A DNA stretch of 64,000 nt from a virus: positions 17,458-81,457 of IMG/VR virus record IMGVR_UViG_3300042945_001831, one strand, 5' to 3'. The notes below the pieces were generated by a model that did no database searches, had not been told where the DNA came from, and saw nothing but the letters and a program-made list of their open reading frames with translations. A program made the translations under genes and the position numbers. Of this stretch, positions 30,771-40,987 are shown piece by piece. Position 1 is the stretch's first letter. Every line of letters starts with the position of its first letter.

Positions 30771-31940
30771 ATGTCCCGTGGTAACAATTTACAAGAAATG
30801 GAAACAGGCACTTCACAATCTCGTACTGCTGTAAATGCTAATGCAAAAGCAGGCGATCCAATGCAGAAATTAGATGCAGGAGCTGTTGCTGGTCAAACCG
30901 GCAGTTGGGAAGATCTTGGTGGTCCCACCCCAGAGAATTACAAATCAACTGATGATTCAGCAAAATTAAAAACTCCTGGAGCAACTCTTAAGCAAGTTAA
31001 GGACGTTATCAACAAAGGCGCAAAACCTGCTGAAGCAATGAAGGGAATGAAAGAAGAGGAAGAACTCGAAGATGAAGATCTTCTTTCAGAAGAAGAAGAG
31101 AAAGAAGATAGCGAAGAGGATGACGATGAAGATAAGAAAGAGAAAAAATCCAAAAAGTCAAAAGACGAAGAAGATGATGACGAAGAAGAAGATGATACTC
31201 CTATGAAAGAAGCATATGACATCGAAGAAGATGTCAATGCTCTTCTAGGTGGAGAAGATCTTTCTGAAGAATTCAAAGAAAAGGCAAAAATTATATTTGA
31301 GTCTGCAATCAATTCAAAGATCGTCGAAATTCAAGAATCACTAGAAGCACATTATGAAGCTCAATTAATTGAGCAAGTTGAAGATATGAAAGTTCAACTT
31401 GCCGAAAGAGTTGATGCATATCTCGAATATGTATCCGATGAATGGATGCAGGAAAATGAACTTTCAGTAGAAAGGGGACTCCAGGCAGAAATGACTGAAT
31501 CTTTCCTTTCTGGTCTGAAAGGACTTTTTGAAGAACATTATGTAACAATCCCTGAAGATAGATATGATGTACTTGAGAGTATGGTAGACAAACTTGATGA
31601 AATGGAGACAAAACTCAATGAGCAAATTTCAAAGAACGTTGCTCTTAATCAAAAACTAGCAGAATCAGTTGCTGATGTAATTTTCAGTGATATTTCTGAG
31701 GGACTTGCAGTTTCACAGAAAGATAAACTTGCTTCTCTAGCAGAAAGTGTTGAGTTTGAAAGTGAAGAAGACTATCGTGAGAAACTAGTAACATTGAGGG
31801 AAGCATATTTTCCCAAGAATACTGGCACTCAAAGAGATCATTCAGAAACATTAACTGAAGAAGGTTCAACTTATAATCAACCAGTTTCTGGTTTGATGGA
31901 ATCATATCTTCAGACTCTGAATAGAGTTTCAAAAAAGTGA
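30771..31940 (+). CDS. gp22: Prohead core scaffold protein
   Basis: LSEEFKEKAKIIFESA and VDAYLEYVSDEWM; acidic coiled coil between gp21 and gp23. Confidence 0.92.
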   Translation: MSRGNNLQEMETGTSQSRTAVNANAKAGDPMQKLDAGAVAGQTGSWEDLGGPTPENYKSTDDSAKLKTPGATLKQVKDVINKGAKPAEAMKGMKEEEELEDEDLLSEEEEKEDSEEDDDEDKKEKKSKKSKDEEDDDEEEDDTPMKEAYDIEEDVNALLGGEDLSEEFKEKAKIIFESAINSKIVEIQESLEAHYEAQLIEQVEDMKVQLAERVDAYLEYVSDEWMQENELSVERGLQAEMTESFLSGLKGLFEEHYVTIPEDRYDVLESMVDKLDEMETKLNEQISKNVALNQKLAESVADVIFSDISEGLAVSQKDKLASLAESVEFESEEDYREKLVTLREAYFPKNTGTQRDHSETLTEEGSTYNQPVSGLMESYLQTLNRVSKK

Positions 31941-31989
31941 TTTTTAAATCATAAATCAAACTAACAAATTTCCAAAAGAGGCAAAACAA

Positions 31990-33390
31990 ATGCAAATGTT
32001 CAATGCAGAACAATTGCAGGAAAAGTGGGCACCACTTCTAAACTATGAGGGTCTTGATAAAATCAAAGACTCACATCGTAGAATGGTAACTGCAGTCCTG
32101 CTAGAAAACCAAGAAAAATTCTTAAGAGAGGAGCGTGATTTCCTCTATGAAGGACCAACCAACTCAGCTGGAACTGGTGGTTTCTCAAACACTGGAACTG
32201 GTGCAGTTGCTACTGGTCCAGTTGCTGGTTTTGATCCAGTTCTTATTTCATTGATCAGACGTTCAATGCCTAACCTGGTCGCTTATGACCTCGCAGGTGT
32301 TCAGCCAATGAATGGTCCTACCGGACTTATCTTCGCAATGCGTTCACGCTACGGAACAAATAGAACAACTGGAGCTGAAGCATTCTTCAATGAAGCAGAT
32401 ACTTCATTCTCTGGAGAAAACGCAGCACAAAACCTCACAGGTTCCTTCACTGATGTCGCTGCTGGTTTTGGTACTACTTCGAACCCAGCAGGAACAAATC
32501 CAGGTCTTCTTAACCCAGTTGGAACTGCAGTAACCGCTAGCTACGCTACCGGACAAGCAATGAATACTGGCGATGCTGAATCACTCGGTGAAGCTGGTAA
32601 CATATTCAACGAAATGGCTTTCTCAATCGAGAAAGTTACCGTTACTGCAAAATCACGCGCACTGAAAGCTGAGTATTCACTAGAACTCGCTCAAGACCTC
32701 AAGGCAATTCACGGTCTAAATGCAGAAGCAGAACTTGCTAACATTCTCTCAACTGAAATCCTCGCTGAAATCAACAGAGAAGTTATTCGTACAATCTATA
32801 AGGTTGCAGAGCAAGGTGCTGCCGTTAATACTGCTACCTCTGGTATTTTTGACCTTGACGTTGACTCCAATGGTCGTTGGTCAGTTGAGAAGTTCAAAGG
32901 ACTTCTATTCCAAATTGAGCGCGATGCTAACGCAATCGCACAAAGAACTCGTAGAGGAAAGGGTAATATGATCCTCTGCTCGGCAGACGTTGCTTCGGCA
33001 CTCACCATGGCAGGTGTTCTTGATTACACCCCAGCACTTAATGCTAACCTCAACGTTGATGACACTGGTAATACCTTTGCTGGTGTTCTTCAGGGCAAGT
33101 ATCGTGTATATATTGACCCATATTCGGCAAACGTATCTGCTAACCAATACTACGTTGTTGGTTATAAGGGATCTTCACCTTATGATGCAGGTCTCTTCTA
33201 TTGCCCATATGTACCTCTCCAAATGGTACGTGCCGTTGGTCAGGACACCTTCCAGCCAAAAATTGGATTCAAGACTCGTTATGGTCTTGTTGCTAATCCA
33301 TTCGCTGAAGGAACTACTCAAGGTTCTGGTCGTCTTCTTGCTAACGCAAACCGTTACTACAGAAGAGTCCGCGTTGACAATTTAATGTGA
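31990..33390 (+). CDS. gp23: Major capsid protein
   Basis: GVQPMNGPTGLIFAMR, KSRALKAEYSLELAQDLKAIHGL and FQPKIGFKTRYG. Confidence 0.98.
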   Translation: MQMFNAEQLQEKWAPLLNYEGLDKIKDSHRRMVTAVLLENQEKFLREERDFLYEGPTNSAGTGGFSNTGTGAVATGPVAGFDPVLISLIRRSMPNLVAYDLAGVQPMNGPTGLIFAMRSRYGTNRTTGAEAFFNEADTSFSGENAAQNLTGSFTDVAAGFGTTSNPAGTNPGLLNPVGTAVTASYATGQAMNTGDAESLGEAGNIFNEMAFSIEKVTVTAKSRALKAEYSLELAQDLKAIHGLNAEAELANILSTEILAEINREVIRTIYKVAEQGAAVNTATSGIFDLDVDSNGRWSVEKFKGLLFQIERDANAIAQRTRRGKGNMILCSADVASALTMAGVLDYTPALNANLNVDDTGNTFAGVLQGKYRVYIDPYSANVSANQYYVVGYKGSSPYDAGLFYCPYVPLQMVRAVGQDTFQPKIGFKTRYGLVANPFAEGTTQGSGRLLANANRYYRRVRVDNLM

Positions 33391-33412
33391 GCCATTGGTT
33401 CACACATTACTG

Positions 33413-33439
33413 GAGGGTCCTTCGGGACCCTCTTTTTTT
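33413..33439 (+). terminator. Rho-independent terminator with cUUCGg tetraloop
   Basis: GAGGGTCC-TTCG-GGACCCTC followed by T7, after gp23. Confidence 0.92.
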
Positions 33440-33461
33440 ATGCAAATAAATACAAATAAAA

Positions 33462-34010
33462 ATGTCACAGACACCGTTCTCAAAACAATTATCAAATAGA
33501 AATTACTTATCTCCAGCTGGGTTTAAATTTTCTATTACAAAGATTCCAAAAGCAGATTTTTTTTCTAATTCTGCAAATATTCCTGGAATCAATCTTGGAG
33601 TTGCAATGCAACCAACTTACCTAAAGGATATTCCTGTTCCTGGTGATAAAATAACTTATGATGATTTGTCTTTTAGTTTTTTTGTAGATGAAAATTTAGA
33701 AAATTATCTTGAAGTCCATAAATGGATAAGAGGGCTTGGATATCCAGAAAGTATTCAAGAATTTTCTACATTAAAAGAAAATGATCAATATTTTCCCACC
33801 AATTCAGCAAAAAATCCATATAACGAATATTCTGATGCTTCTTTGTCTATCTACAACAGCAATTTCAATATAATTGCACAAATACATTTTAAAGATGTAT
33901 TTCCTGTGAGTTTATCTCCTGTGGATTTTGATGCAAAATCAGGTGATATCAATTATGTTGAAGCAGAGGTCACTTTTAAGTATTCTATATATGATATAGT
34001 TGTTTTATGA
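33462..34010 (+). CDS. gp3: Tail completion / tube terminator
   Basis: NYLSPAGFKF, VDENLENYLEVHKW and FKDVFPVSLS. Confidence 0.88.
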   Translation: MSQTPFSKQLSNRNYLSPAGFKFSITKIPKADFFSNSANIPGINLGVAMQPTYLKDIPVPGDKITYDDLSFSFFVDENLENYLEVHKWIRGLGYPESIQEFSTLKENDQYFPTNSAKNPYNEYSDASLSIYNSNFNIIAQIHFKDVFPVSLSPVDFDAKSGDINYVEAEVTFKYSIYDIVVL

Positions 34011-34013
34011 TTT

Positions 34014-34442
34014 ATGAACATTGATGAGATTCAATTATTATGGGAAGAAGATTCAAAAATAGATCAAGACAATCTCCACACGGAGTCATTAAAAATACCT
34101 TCACTTCACGCAAAATATTATAAAATTTACAATAATACGTTAACTCTCAAAAAATCTCAAGAAAACAAGTATAAAATTTTAAAAAAAGAAAAATGGCAAT
34201 ATTACACTGGAAAATCCGATCCTGATGTTTATATTAAAAATCCATTTGATCATAAAGTTTTAAAGCAAGATATAGACAAATATCTTGATGCTGATGAAGA
34301 ATTAATTATTTGTTTAACAAAAATTGAATATTATCAAATGATGATCAATTATTTGGAAAGTATTTTAAAAACAATATTAAACAGAACATATCAATTAAAA
34401 AATGCCATTGAATGGTCAAAATTTGTTGCAGGATATAGTTAA
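34014..34442 (+). CDS. uvsY: Recombination mediator
   Basis: ESLKIPSLHAKY and RTYQLKNAIEW; adjacent to uvsW. Confidence 0.9.
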   Translation: MNIDEIQLLWEEDSKIDQDNLHTESLKIPSLHAKYYKIYNNTLTLKKSQENKYKILKKEKWQYYTGKSDPDVYIKNPFDHKVLKQDIDKYLDADEELIICLTKIEYYQMMINYLESILKTILNRTYQLKNAIEWSKFVAGYS

Positions 34443-34445
34443 AAT

Positions 34446-35912
34446 ATGGCCGACATTATTATTAAAAAGAAGAACGAAATTTTCCTCACATTAAAAGCAG
34501 AACCACATATATTTCAAGAATTGTCAGATCATTTTACTTTTGAAATTCCTGGTGCAAAGTTTATGCCGCAATATCGCAGCAAACATTGGGATGGTAAAAT
34601 AAGATTATTTTCTACACATAATGGTGAAATTTATGTTGGTCTTTTAGATAAAATCATTTCTTGGGCAAAAAATCATGAATACTCAATTGAGTTTGAAAAT
34701 AATAAATTTTATGGAACTCCATTTGAAGAAAATGAGATGATCTCATATGAAGGAGTTTCTGATTATATGAATAAAATTTCAAAACATAAACCAAGAGATT
34801 ATCAAATTGATGCTGTTTGTGATGCATTGAAATATAATCGCAAACTTTTAATATCCCCAACTGCTTCAGGAAAATCTTTAATGATTTATTCTGTTGTTAG
34901 GTATTATATTGAATCAAATAAAAAAATTTTACTTATTGTTCCAACAACTTCTCTCGTGGAACAAATGTATAAAGATTTTGAAGATTATGGATGGAATGCA
35001 AAAGAATATTGTCATAAAATTTATTCAGGTAAAGAAAAAACAACCGATCTTCCTGTAGTGATTACAACTTGGCAATCAATATACAAATTGGATAGAAAAT
35101 TTTTTAAAAATTTTGAAGTTGTAATCGGAGATGAAGCACATCAATTTAAATCAAAGTCATTAATCAGCATTATGACTAAGTTGGATAATGCAAAGTACAG
35201 ATTTGGATTTACTGGAACTTTAGATGGATCACAGACTCATAAATGGGTTTTGGAAGGTCTATTTGGTCCTAGTTATAAAGTAACTCAAACAAAGGATTTA
35301 ATAGATAAAGGACATTTATCAAAATTACAAATTCGTGTTCTTTTGTTAAAACATAATGAACAGCAATTTAATGATTATGAAGAAGAAATTCAATATATTA
35401 TCAATCATCAAAAAAGAAATAATTTTATTAAAAATCTTGTAAATGATTTAAAAGGAAATACATTGGTTCTTTTTAATCGTGTTGAATCTCATGGAACTCC
35501 TCTTTATGAATTAATAAATAAATCAGTAGATAAGAATCGTAGAGTATTTTACGTTCATGGTGGAATAAGCACAGAAGAAAGAGAAAAAGTAAGAGAAATT
35601 ACAGAAAAAGAAAGTAATGCAATTATTGTTGCTTCTTATGGAACATTCTCAACTGGAATCAATATTAAAAATTTGCACAATGTAGTCTTTTCTTCTCCAA
35701 GCAAATCTAGAATAAGAAATCTACAATCTATAGGCAGAGTTTTAAGGAAAGGAGATAGCAAAACAAAAGCTATTCTTTATGATATTGCCGATGATATGAC
35801 TTACAAATCAAGAAAAAATTATACATTAAATCATTTAATTGAAAGAATAAAAATTTATAATGAAGAAAAATTTAACTATGAAATTATACAAGTTAATTTT
35901 AAAGAAAAATGA
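34446..35912 (+). CDS. uvsW: SF2 DNA/RNA-DNA helicase
   Basis: SPTASGKS, DEAH and LQSIGRVLR. Confidence 0.96.
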   Translation: MADIIIKKKNEIFLTLKAEPHIFQELSDHFTFEIPGAKFMPQYRSKHWDGKIRLFSTHNGEIYVGLLDKIISWAKNHEYSIEFENNKFYGTPFEENEMISYEGVSDYMNKISKHKPRDYQIDAVCDALKYNRKLLISPTASGKSLMIYSVVRYYIESNKKILLIVPTTSLVEQMYKDFEDYGWNAKEYCHKIYSGKEKTTDLPVVITTWQSIYKLDRKFFKNFEVVIGDEAHQFKSKSLISIMTKLDNAKYRFGFTGTLDGSQTHKWVLEGLFGPSYKVTQTKDLIDKGHLSKLQIRVLLLKHNEQQFNDYEEEIQYIINHQKRNNFIKNLVNDLKGNTLVLFNRVESHGTPLYELINKSVDKNRRVFYVHGGISTEEREKVREITEKESNAIIVASYGTFSTGINIKNLHNVVFSSPSKSRIRNLQSIGRVLRKGDSKTKAILYDIADDMTYKSRKNYTLNHLIERIKIYNEEKFNYEIIQVNFKEK

Positions 35913-36298
35913 ACGAAGACTTTTACGCAGCTATAAAATTAATATCTGGTGAAGAAATATTTTCTAAAGTATGTTCTTGTGAAGAAAAAGATAAAACTAT
36001 TTTAATTCTTGATACTCCAGTAGTTATTGAAACAATTAATATTCGTCAATTGGGAGTTAATGCAGTTCGTGTTAATCCTTGGTTAAAATATGCAAATGAT
36101 TCAATTTTAGTCATTAATATGGACAGAATAATTACAATTACTGAAATAAATGATGAATCAATAATTAAAGTATATAATAAATTTTTGAGAGATAAAGATA
36201 AAAAATCTTCTATGAGTAATATTAGTCCTAATATGGGATTTTTATCATCTATTGCTGAAGCAAGAGTATCTTTGGAGAAGTTATATAAAAATAATTAA
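35909..36298 (+). CDS. Conserved hypothetical protein (Sm-like fold suspected)
   Basis: IKLISGEEIF and PWLK motifs; usual position between uvsW and gp55. Confidence 0.75.
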   Translation: MNEDFYAAIKLISGEEIFSKVCSCEEKDKTILILDTPVVIETINIRQLGVNAVRVNPWLKYANDSILVINMDRIITITEINDESIIKVYNKFLRDKDKKSSMSNISPNMGFLSSIAEARVSLEKLYKNN

Positions 36299-36330
36299 AG
36301 CTATAATTGATCTTCAACCCTAACAGAGTG

Positions 36331-36359
36331 ATTATAGGCATATTCAAACTGTTTGTCAA
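36331..36359 (-). promoter_or_regulatory. Perfect sigma70 promoter on the minus strand (TTGACA-17-TATAAT)
   Basis: The + strand reads ATTATA at 36331-36336 and TGTCAA at 36354-36359, 17 nt apart. Confidence 0.7.
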
Positions 36360-36382
36360 CTATTTACTTGATGTGCTATAAT
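36353..36382 (+). promoter_or_regulatory. sigma70-type early promoter for gp55 (TTGTCA-18-TATAAT, extended -10 TG)
   Basis: TTGTCA at 36353 and TGC-TATAAT ending at 36382. Confidence 0.6.
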
Positions 36383-36407
36383 AAACCAAAACTAGTAAGA
36401 CTTATAA

Positions 36408-36875
36408 ATGAAAGAAAAGAAAAAAAATCCCAATTATGTTAATAATAAAGATTTTCATGATGCATTGATTACTCATAAGAGAAAAATGGATGAGTCAAAA
36501 GCTAATGGACTTCCACCGCCAAGAATTTCCAATTATCTTGGAGATTGCTTTTTGAAAATTGCTACTCATTTATCATATCGTCCTAATTTTGTAAATTATA
36601 TGTTTCGTGATGATATGATTTCTGATGGTGTGGAAAATTGTGTTCAATATATTAATAATTTTGATGTTAATCGTTCAAATCCGTTTGCTTACTTTACTCA
36701 AATTGTTTGGTATGCTTTTTTGAGGCGTATTTCTAGAGAAAAGAGACAAATGGAAATTAAAGATAAAATTATTGAACGCAGTGGATTTGAAGAGGTATTT
36801 ACTGCTGATGAAGGATACAATAGATCAAATTACAATACAATTAAAGACAATATTCAAATTAAATTAAATCAATGA
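36408..36875 (+). CDS. gp55: Late transcription sigma factor
   Basis: YVNNKDF, HLSYRPNFVNY, DMISDG and NPFAYFTQI..AFLRRI. Confidence 0.96.
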   Translation: MKEKKKNPNYVNNKDFHDALITHKRKMDESKANGLPPPRISNYLGDCFLKIATHLSYRPNFVNYMFRDDMISDGVENCVQYINNFDVNRSNPFAYFTQIVWYAFLRRISREKRQMEIKDKIIERSGFEEVFTADEGYNRSNYNTIKDNIQIKLNQ

Positions 36876-37915
36876 AGATTGGATTGATTACTGATACTCA
36901 TTATAATTTTAAAAAAGCAAATAAATCTTTTCATGATTATTTTGCAAAATTTTACAATGACATATTTTTTCCTACTTTAGAAAAACATAAAATTCAAACT
37001 GTCATTCATTTGGGCGATGCTTTTGATAGTCGCAAAGGTGTTGATTATTGGGCTCTTGATTGGGCGAAAAAAAATGTTTATGATAGATTTCAAGATTTAG
37101 GAATTACTGTTTATAATATTGTAGGAAATCACGATGCTTATTATAAAAACAGTAATGAAATTAATTCTATAGATACACTTCTTCAACAATATTATAATGT
37201 AGTTAAAGTTTCCAGACCAACAGAATATATTATTGAAGGAATGAAAACAGTTCTTCTTCCTTGGATATGCGCCGATAACGAAAAAGAAACTTTTGATCTT
37301 CTTGAAAAAACAGAAGCAAAAGTTATTTTTGGTCATCTTGAATTAAATGGATTTACAGTTTATCCAGGACAATATCAACAGGATGGATTGGATAAAAAAG
37401 TATTTCAAAAGTTTGATAGAGTTTATTCGGGCCATTATCATACTCGTAGTGATGATGGTAAAATTTTTTATATTGGAAATCCATATCAAATGTTTTGGAA
37501 TGATGTAAATGATGTAAGAGGATTTCATATTTTTGATACTAATGAATATGAATTGGAAAAATTTGATAATCCGTATAATATTTTTGAAAAAATATATTAT
37601 GATGAGACGGATTATAAAAAATTTAATACTTCATATTTGACAAATAAAATGGTTAAGATAATTGTTAGAAAAAAAGAAGATCATTTGATGTTTGATAAGT
37701 TTGTAGACAGTATACTTAAAGTAAATCCATTGGAACTTAAGATATCTGAAAATATTGATGTTTTTGATGATGATGTAGATTGTTCTGATATTACCACGGA
37801 AGATACATTGAGTATTTTGGATAAATATGTTCAAGAAGCAGACTTTGATTTAAATAAAGATATGATAAAAAAACTTCTACGAGATGTATACAAAGAAGCA
37901 TTAGAAATAGAATAA
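36872..37915 (+). CDS. gp47: Mre11/SbcD-like recombination nuclease
   Basis: TDTH, LGDAFD, GNHD and SGHYH metallophosphoesterase motifs. Confidence 0.95.
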   Translation: MKIGLITDTHYNFKKANKSFHDYFAKFYNDIFFPTLEKHKIQTVIHLGDAFDSRKGVDYWALDWAKKNVYDRFQDLGITVYNIVGNHDAYYKNSNEINSIDTLLQQYYNVVKVSRPTEYIIEGMKTVLLPWICADNEKETFDLLEKTEAKVIFGHLELNGFTVYPGQYQQDGLDKKVFQKFDRVYSGHYHTRSDDGKIFYIGNPYQMFWNDVNDVRGFHIFDTNEYELEKFDNPYNIFEKIYYDETDYKKFNTSYLTNKMVKIIVRKKEDHLMFDKFVDSILKVNPLELKISENIDVFDDDVDCSDITTEDTLSILDKYVQEADFDLNKDMIKKLLRDVYKEALEIE

Positions 37916-38202
37916 TGTTTATACTTACTATCAAAGAAAAGGAAAATGAAGGAGCATATGCAGTAATTGATGATGATGGCGAAAAGGCATTGTATTTTTT
38001 TGAAGAAGAAGATGATGCCGAAAGATATGCTGGTCTTTTGGAAGCAGAAGATTATCCAAAAATGGCTGTAATTGAAGTTGAAGATGAACCAGCAATAAAA
38101 ACTTGTGAGATGTATGGATATCATTATGTTATAATTACCCCAAATGAACTTGTAATACCTCCGCGAGAAAATGATTTTATTCAAGCAAATAACTTATCGT
38201 AA
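37915..38202 (+). CDS. Conserved hypothetical protein
   Basis: GAYAV...FEEEDDAERYA; coupled between gp47 and gp46. Confidence 0.8.
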   Translation: MFILTIKEKENEGAYAVIDDDGEKALYFFEEEDDAERYAGLLEAEDYPKMAVIEVEDEPAIKTCEMYGYHYVIITPNELVIPPRENDFIQANNLS

Positions 38203-39889
38203 TTTTTTATCATCAGGAAACCAACCAACTCAAATTAAATTTACAGAACATCCAACTACATTAATTGTTGGTGCAAATGGATCCGGAAAAAGCACAATGT
38301 TAGATGCTTTGTGTTTTAGTTTGTTTAATAAAGCATTTCGTAAAATTACAAAAGGGCAATTAGTCAATTCAACTAACGAAAAAGAATGTTTGGTTGAAAT
38401 TGAATTTAGTATTGGAACAAAAGAGTATAAAATTGTAAGGGGAATTAAACCAAATATTTTTGAAATTTGGATTGATGGTGTTTTGCAAAATAAAGCTGCA
38501 GCATCTACAGATCAACAAAAACAATTAGAAGATAATATTTTAAAATTAAATTATAAGTCATTTACTCAAATTGTAATTTTGGGTAGTGCTTCTTTTGTGC
38601 CATTTATGCAACTATCTACGGCAAATCGTAGAGAAGTCGTAGAAGATTTGTTGGATATTAAAATTTTTTCTGCGATGAATGCGGTAATTAAAGACAGAAT
38701 TAAAAATACAAATGATAAAATCAAAGAACTTTCTTTAAAGCAATCCATGACCGAAGAAAAGGTTGAGATGCAAAAAGATTTTATTGAAAGTATTGAGAAA
38801 AGTGGTAAAGAAAATATAGAAAAGAAAGAGGATAAAATTACTTCCATCATCACCTATATTAACCAATTGGCAGCAGAAAACGAACAAAAAGTATTAGTGG
38901 TGTCAGATAATCTTCAACCTCAATTGGAAGACCTTTTAGATGCATCTAAAAAATTAAAAAAACTTTCCAATTTAAAAGGAAAGATTTCCGAAAAAGTATC
39001 AAACATTACAGAACAGCATAAGTTTTTTAATAATAATTCGGTATGCCCTACCTGTACTCAAACTATTGAAGAGGAATTTAGATTAAATAAAGTAAATGAA
39101 TCTGAAACCAAAGCAAAAGAACTTCAGCAAGGTTATAATGAATTAAAAGATGCAATTCAACAAGAAGAAAAAAGAGAACGTGAATTTAATGCCATTTCAA
39201 AAAAAATCAATTCTTTAAATAATGAAATTTCCAACAATAATGTTAAAATTTCCCAACTTAATAAACAGACAAGAGACTTGGAACAAGAAATTCAAGACAT
39301 TGCCAATAAAATTAAAAATAGAAATGTTGAAAGAGAAGCATTAATTGAACTGGAGAATTCTTTAAATTTGATTCAAATTGAAAAAGCAAATGAAAAAGAA
39401 AATATAACTTATTATGATTTTGCTAATTTTTTAATGAAAGACGGTGGGATTAAAAGTAAAATTATAAAACAATATTTGCCATTGATGAATAAGCAGATTA
39501 ATAAGTATCTGCAAATGATGGACTTTTATATTAATTTTACTCTTGATGAAGAGTTTAATGAAAAAATTAAATCTCCTATTCACGAAGATTTTACATATGA
39601 AAGTTTTAGTGAAGGTGAAAAAATGAGAATTAATCTTGCAATTTTGTTTACTTGGAGAGAAATTGCAAGAATGAAAAATTCAGTTAATACTAATCTTCTT
39701 ATTTTGGACGAAGTGTTTGATAGTTCTTTAGATTTTATGGGAACAGATTATTTTACAAAAATTATTAAATATGTGATAAAAGATACTAATATATTTGTAA
39801 TTTCTCATAAGACAGACGAATTGATTGATAAATTTGATAGGATCATTAAGTTTGATAAAATTAAAGGATTTAGCAAAATGGTTGACTAA
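38171..39889 (+). CDS. gp46: Rad50/SbcC-like ATPase
   Basis: GANGSGKST, CPTC zinc hook, SFSEGEK and LILDEVFD. Confidence 0.96.
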   Translation: MILFKQITYRNFLSSGNQPTQIKFTEHPTTLIVGANGSGKSTMLDALCFSLFNKAFRKITKGQLVNSTNEKECLVEIEFSIGTKEYKIVRGIKPNIFEIWIDGVLQNKAAASTDQQKQLEDNILKLNYKSFTQIVILGSASFVPFMQLSTANRREVVEDLLDIKIFSAMNAVIKDRIKNTNDKIKELSLKQSMTEEKVEMQKDFIESIEKSGKENIEKKEDKITSIITYINQLAAENEQKVLVVSDNLQPQLEDLLDASKKLKKLSNLKGKISEKVSNITEQHKFFNNNSVCPTCTQTIEEEFRLNKVNESETKAKELQQGYNELKDAIQQEEKREREFNAISKKINSLNNEISNNNVKISQLNKQTRDLEQEIQDIANKIKNRNVEREALIELENSLNLIQIEKANEKENITYYDFANFLMKDGGIKSKIIKQYLPLMNKQINKYLQMMDFYINFTLDEEFNEKIKSPIHEDFTYESFSEGEKMRINLAILFTWREIARMKNSVNTNLLILDEVFDSSLDFMGTDYFTKIIKYVIKDTNIFVISHKTDELIDKFDRIIKFDKIKGFSKMVD

Positions 39890-39910
39890 TCTTTGGTTCT
39901 TTGGTATGAT
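39882..39910 (+). promoter_or_regulatory. sigma70-type early promoter (TTGACT-17-TATGAT, extended -10)
   Basis: Spacing and TG element read directly from the sequence. Confidence 0.7.
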
Positions 39911-39934
39911 TGATAAAGATAAATATACCTTTTT

Positions 39935-40261
39935 ATGACTTATTCTGAATTTGATATTATTATGCCCGAAAACACAAATGTTAATGGTTTCTGGAAATAT
40001 AATGAAGACAAAATTCTGAAACAACTTGAAGAGTATATTGCTAGTACTTATAAACAGCATTATGTGGACAGGACTGGTAATGGAACTGAACAAACCCTTG
40101 ATAAGATTAAACATAATCGTCGTGAAGGATTTTGTGCCGGAAATATAACCAAGTATACTGATCGCTATGATACTAAAGGAACACCTCGTGCCGACTTGTT
40201 TAAAGTATTGCACTATACTATTCTTTTGATTAATCATCTCAATCTCGTTGAAAACAAGTGA
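39935..40261 (+). CDS. DUF3310-like protein (T7 gp1.7 nucleotide kinase-related)
   Basis: HY...GFCAGNITKYTDRY..K....DLFKVLHY signature. Confidence 0.7.
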   Translation: MTYSEFDIIMPENTNVNGFWKYNEDKILKQLEEYIASTYKQHYVDRTGNGTEQTLDKIKHNRREGFCAGNITKYTDRYDTKGTPRADLFKVLHYTILLINHLNLVENK

Positions 40262-40278
40262 AACTCAAATCTCAAATT

Positions 40279-40944
40279 ATGAAACTATCTGAATCTACTA
40301 TTACTATTCTAAAAAACTTTGCTTCAATTAATCAGTCCATTCTGGTAAAAGAAGGTTCTAAACTTCGCACGATTTCGGTAATGAAAAATATTCTTGCCGA
40401 AGCAGAAATTAAAGAAAAGTTCACAAAAGATTTTGCGATTTATGACCTTAATCAATTTCTAAATGGATTGGGACTACACCAGGATCCTGACCTTGATTTT
40501 GAAAATGACTCGCACGTTATTATTCGTGAAGGAAAACGTCGTGTAAAGTATTTCTTTGCTGATCCAGAAGTAATTGTTTCACCACCAGAAAAAGATATTG
40601 TCCTTCCTTCTCAAGATGTTTGTTTTCAACTAGAACATTCTCAATTGGATAATTTGAAAAAAGCAGCAGCAGTTTATCAACTTCCAGATCTTTCTGCTAT
40701 TGGTGAAGCAGGCGTAATTCGTTTGGTTGTTCGTGATAAGAAGAATGATACTTCTAACGAATACTCAATCGTTGTGGGTGAGACCGATAAAGAATTCGCT
40801 TTTAACTTCAAGGTTGAGAACATCAAGATCATTCCTGGATCTTATGATGTGGTTGTGTCAGAAAAACTTCTGTCTAAATTCACAAATGAACGTTATAATT
40901 TGACTTATTATATTGCTCTTGAGCCAGATTCAACATTTAATTAA
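40279..40944 (+). CDS. gp45: Sliding clamp
   Basis: MKLSESTITILKNFASINQSI, FAIYDLNQFL and YYIALEPDS. Confidence 0.95.
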   Translation: MKLSESTITILKNFASINQSILVKEGSKLRTISVMKNILAEAEIKEKFTKDFAIYDLNQFLNGLGLHQDPDLDFENDSHVIIREGKRRVKYFFADPEVIVSPPEKDIVLPSQDVCFQLEHSQLDNLKKAAAVYQLPDLSAIGEAGVIRLVVRDKKNDTSNEYSIVVGETDKEFAFNFKVENIKIIPGSYDVVVSEKLLSKFTNERYNLTYYIALEPDSTFN

Positions 40945-40987
40945 TTATCTTCGTATGCCGTCAAGAAAACCTGAATGGATTTAAGTG

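Noticed and set aside
30938-31312. Minus-strand poly-Ser ORF
   Set aside because: It is the mirror of the GAA/GAT-rich acidic tract of gp22 and shows no independent coding signal.
32312-33385. Alternative-frame ORFs within gp23 (possible frameshift extension)
   Set aside because: They end before the gp23 stop, no slippery site was seen, and a terminator follows. Codon bias of a highly expressed gene explains them.
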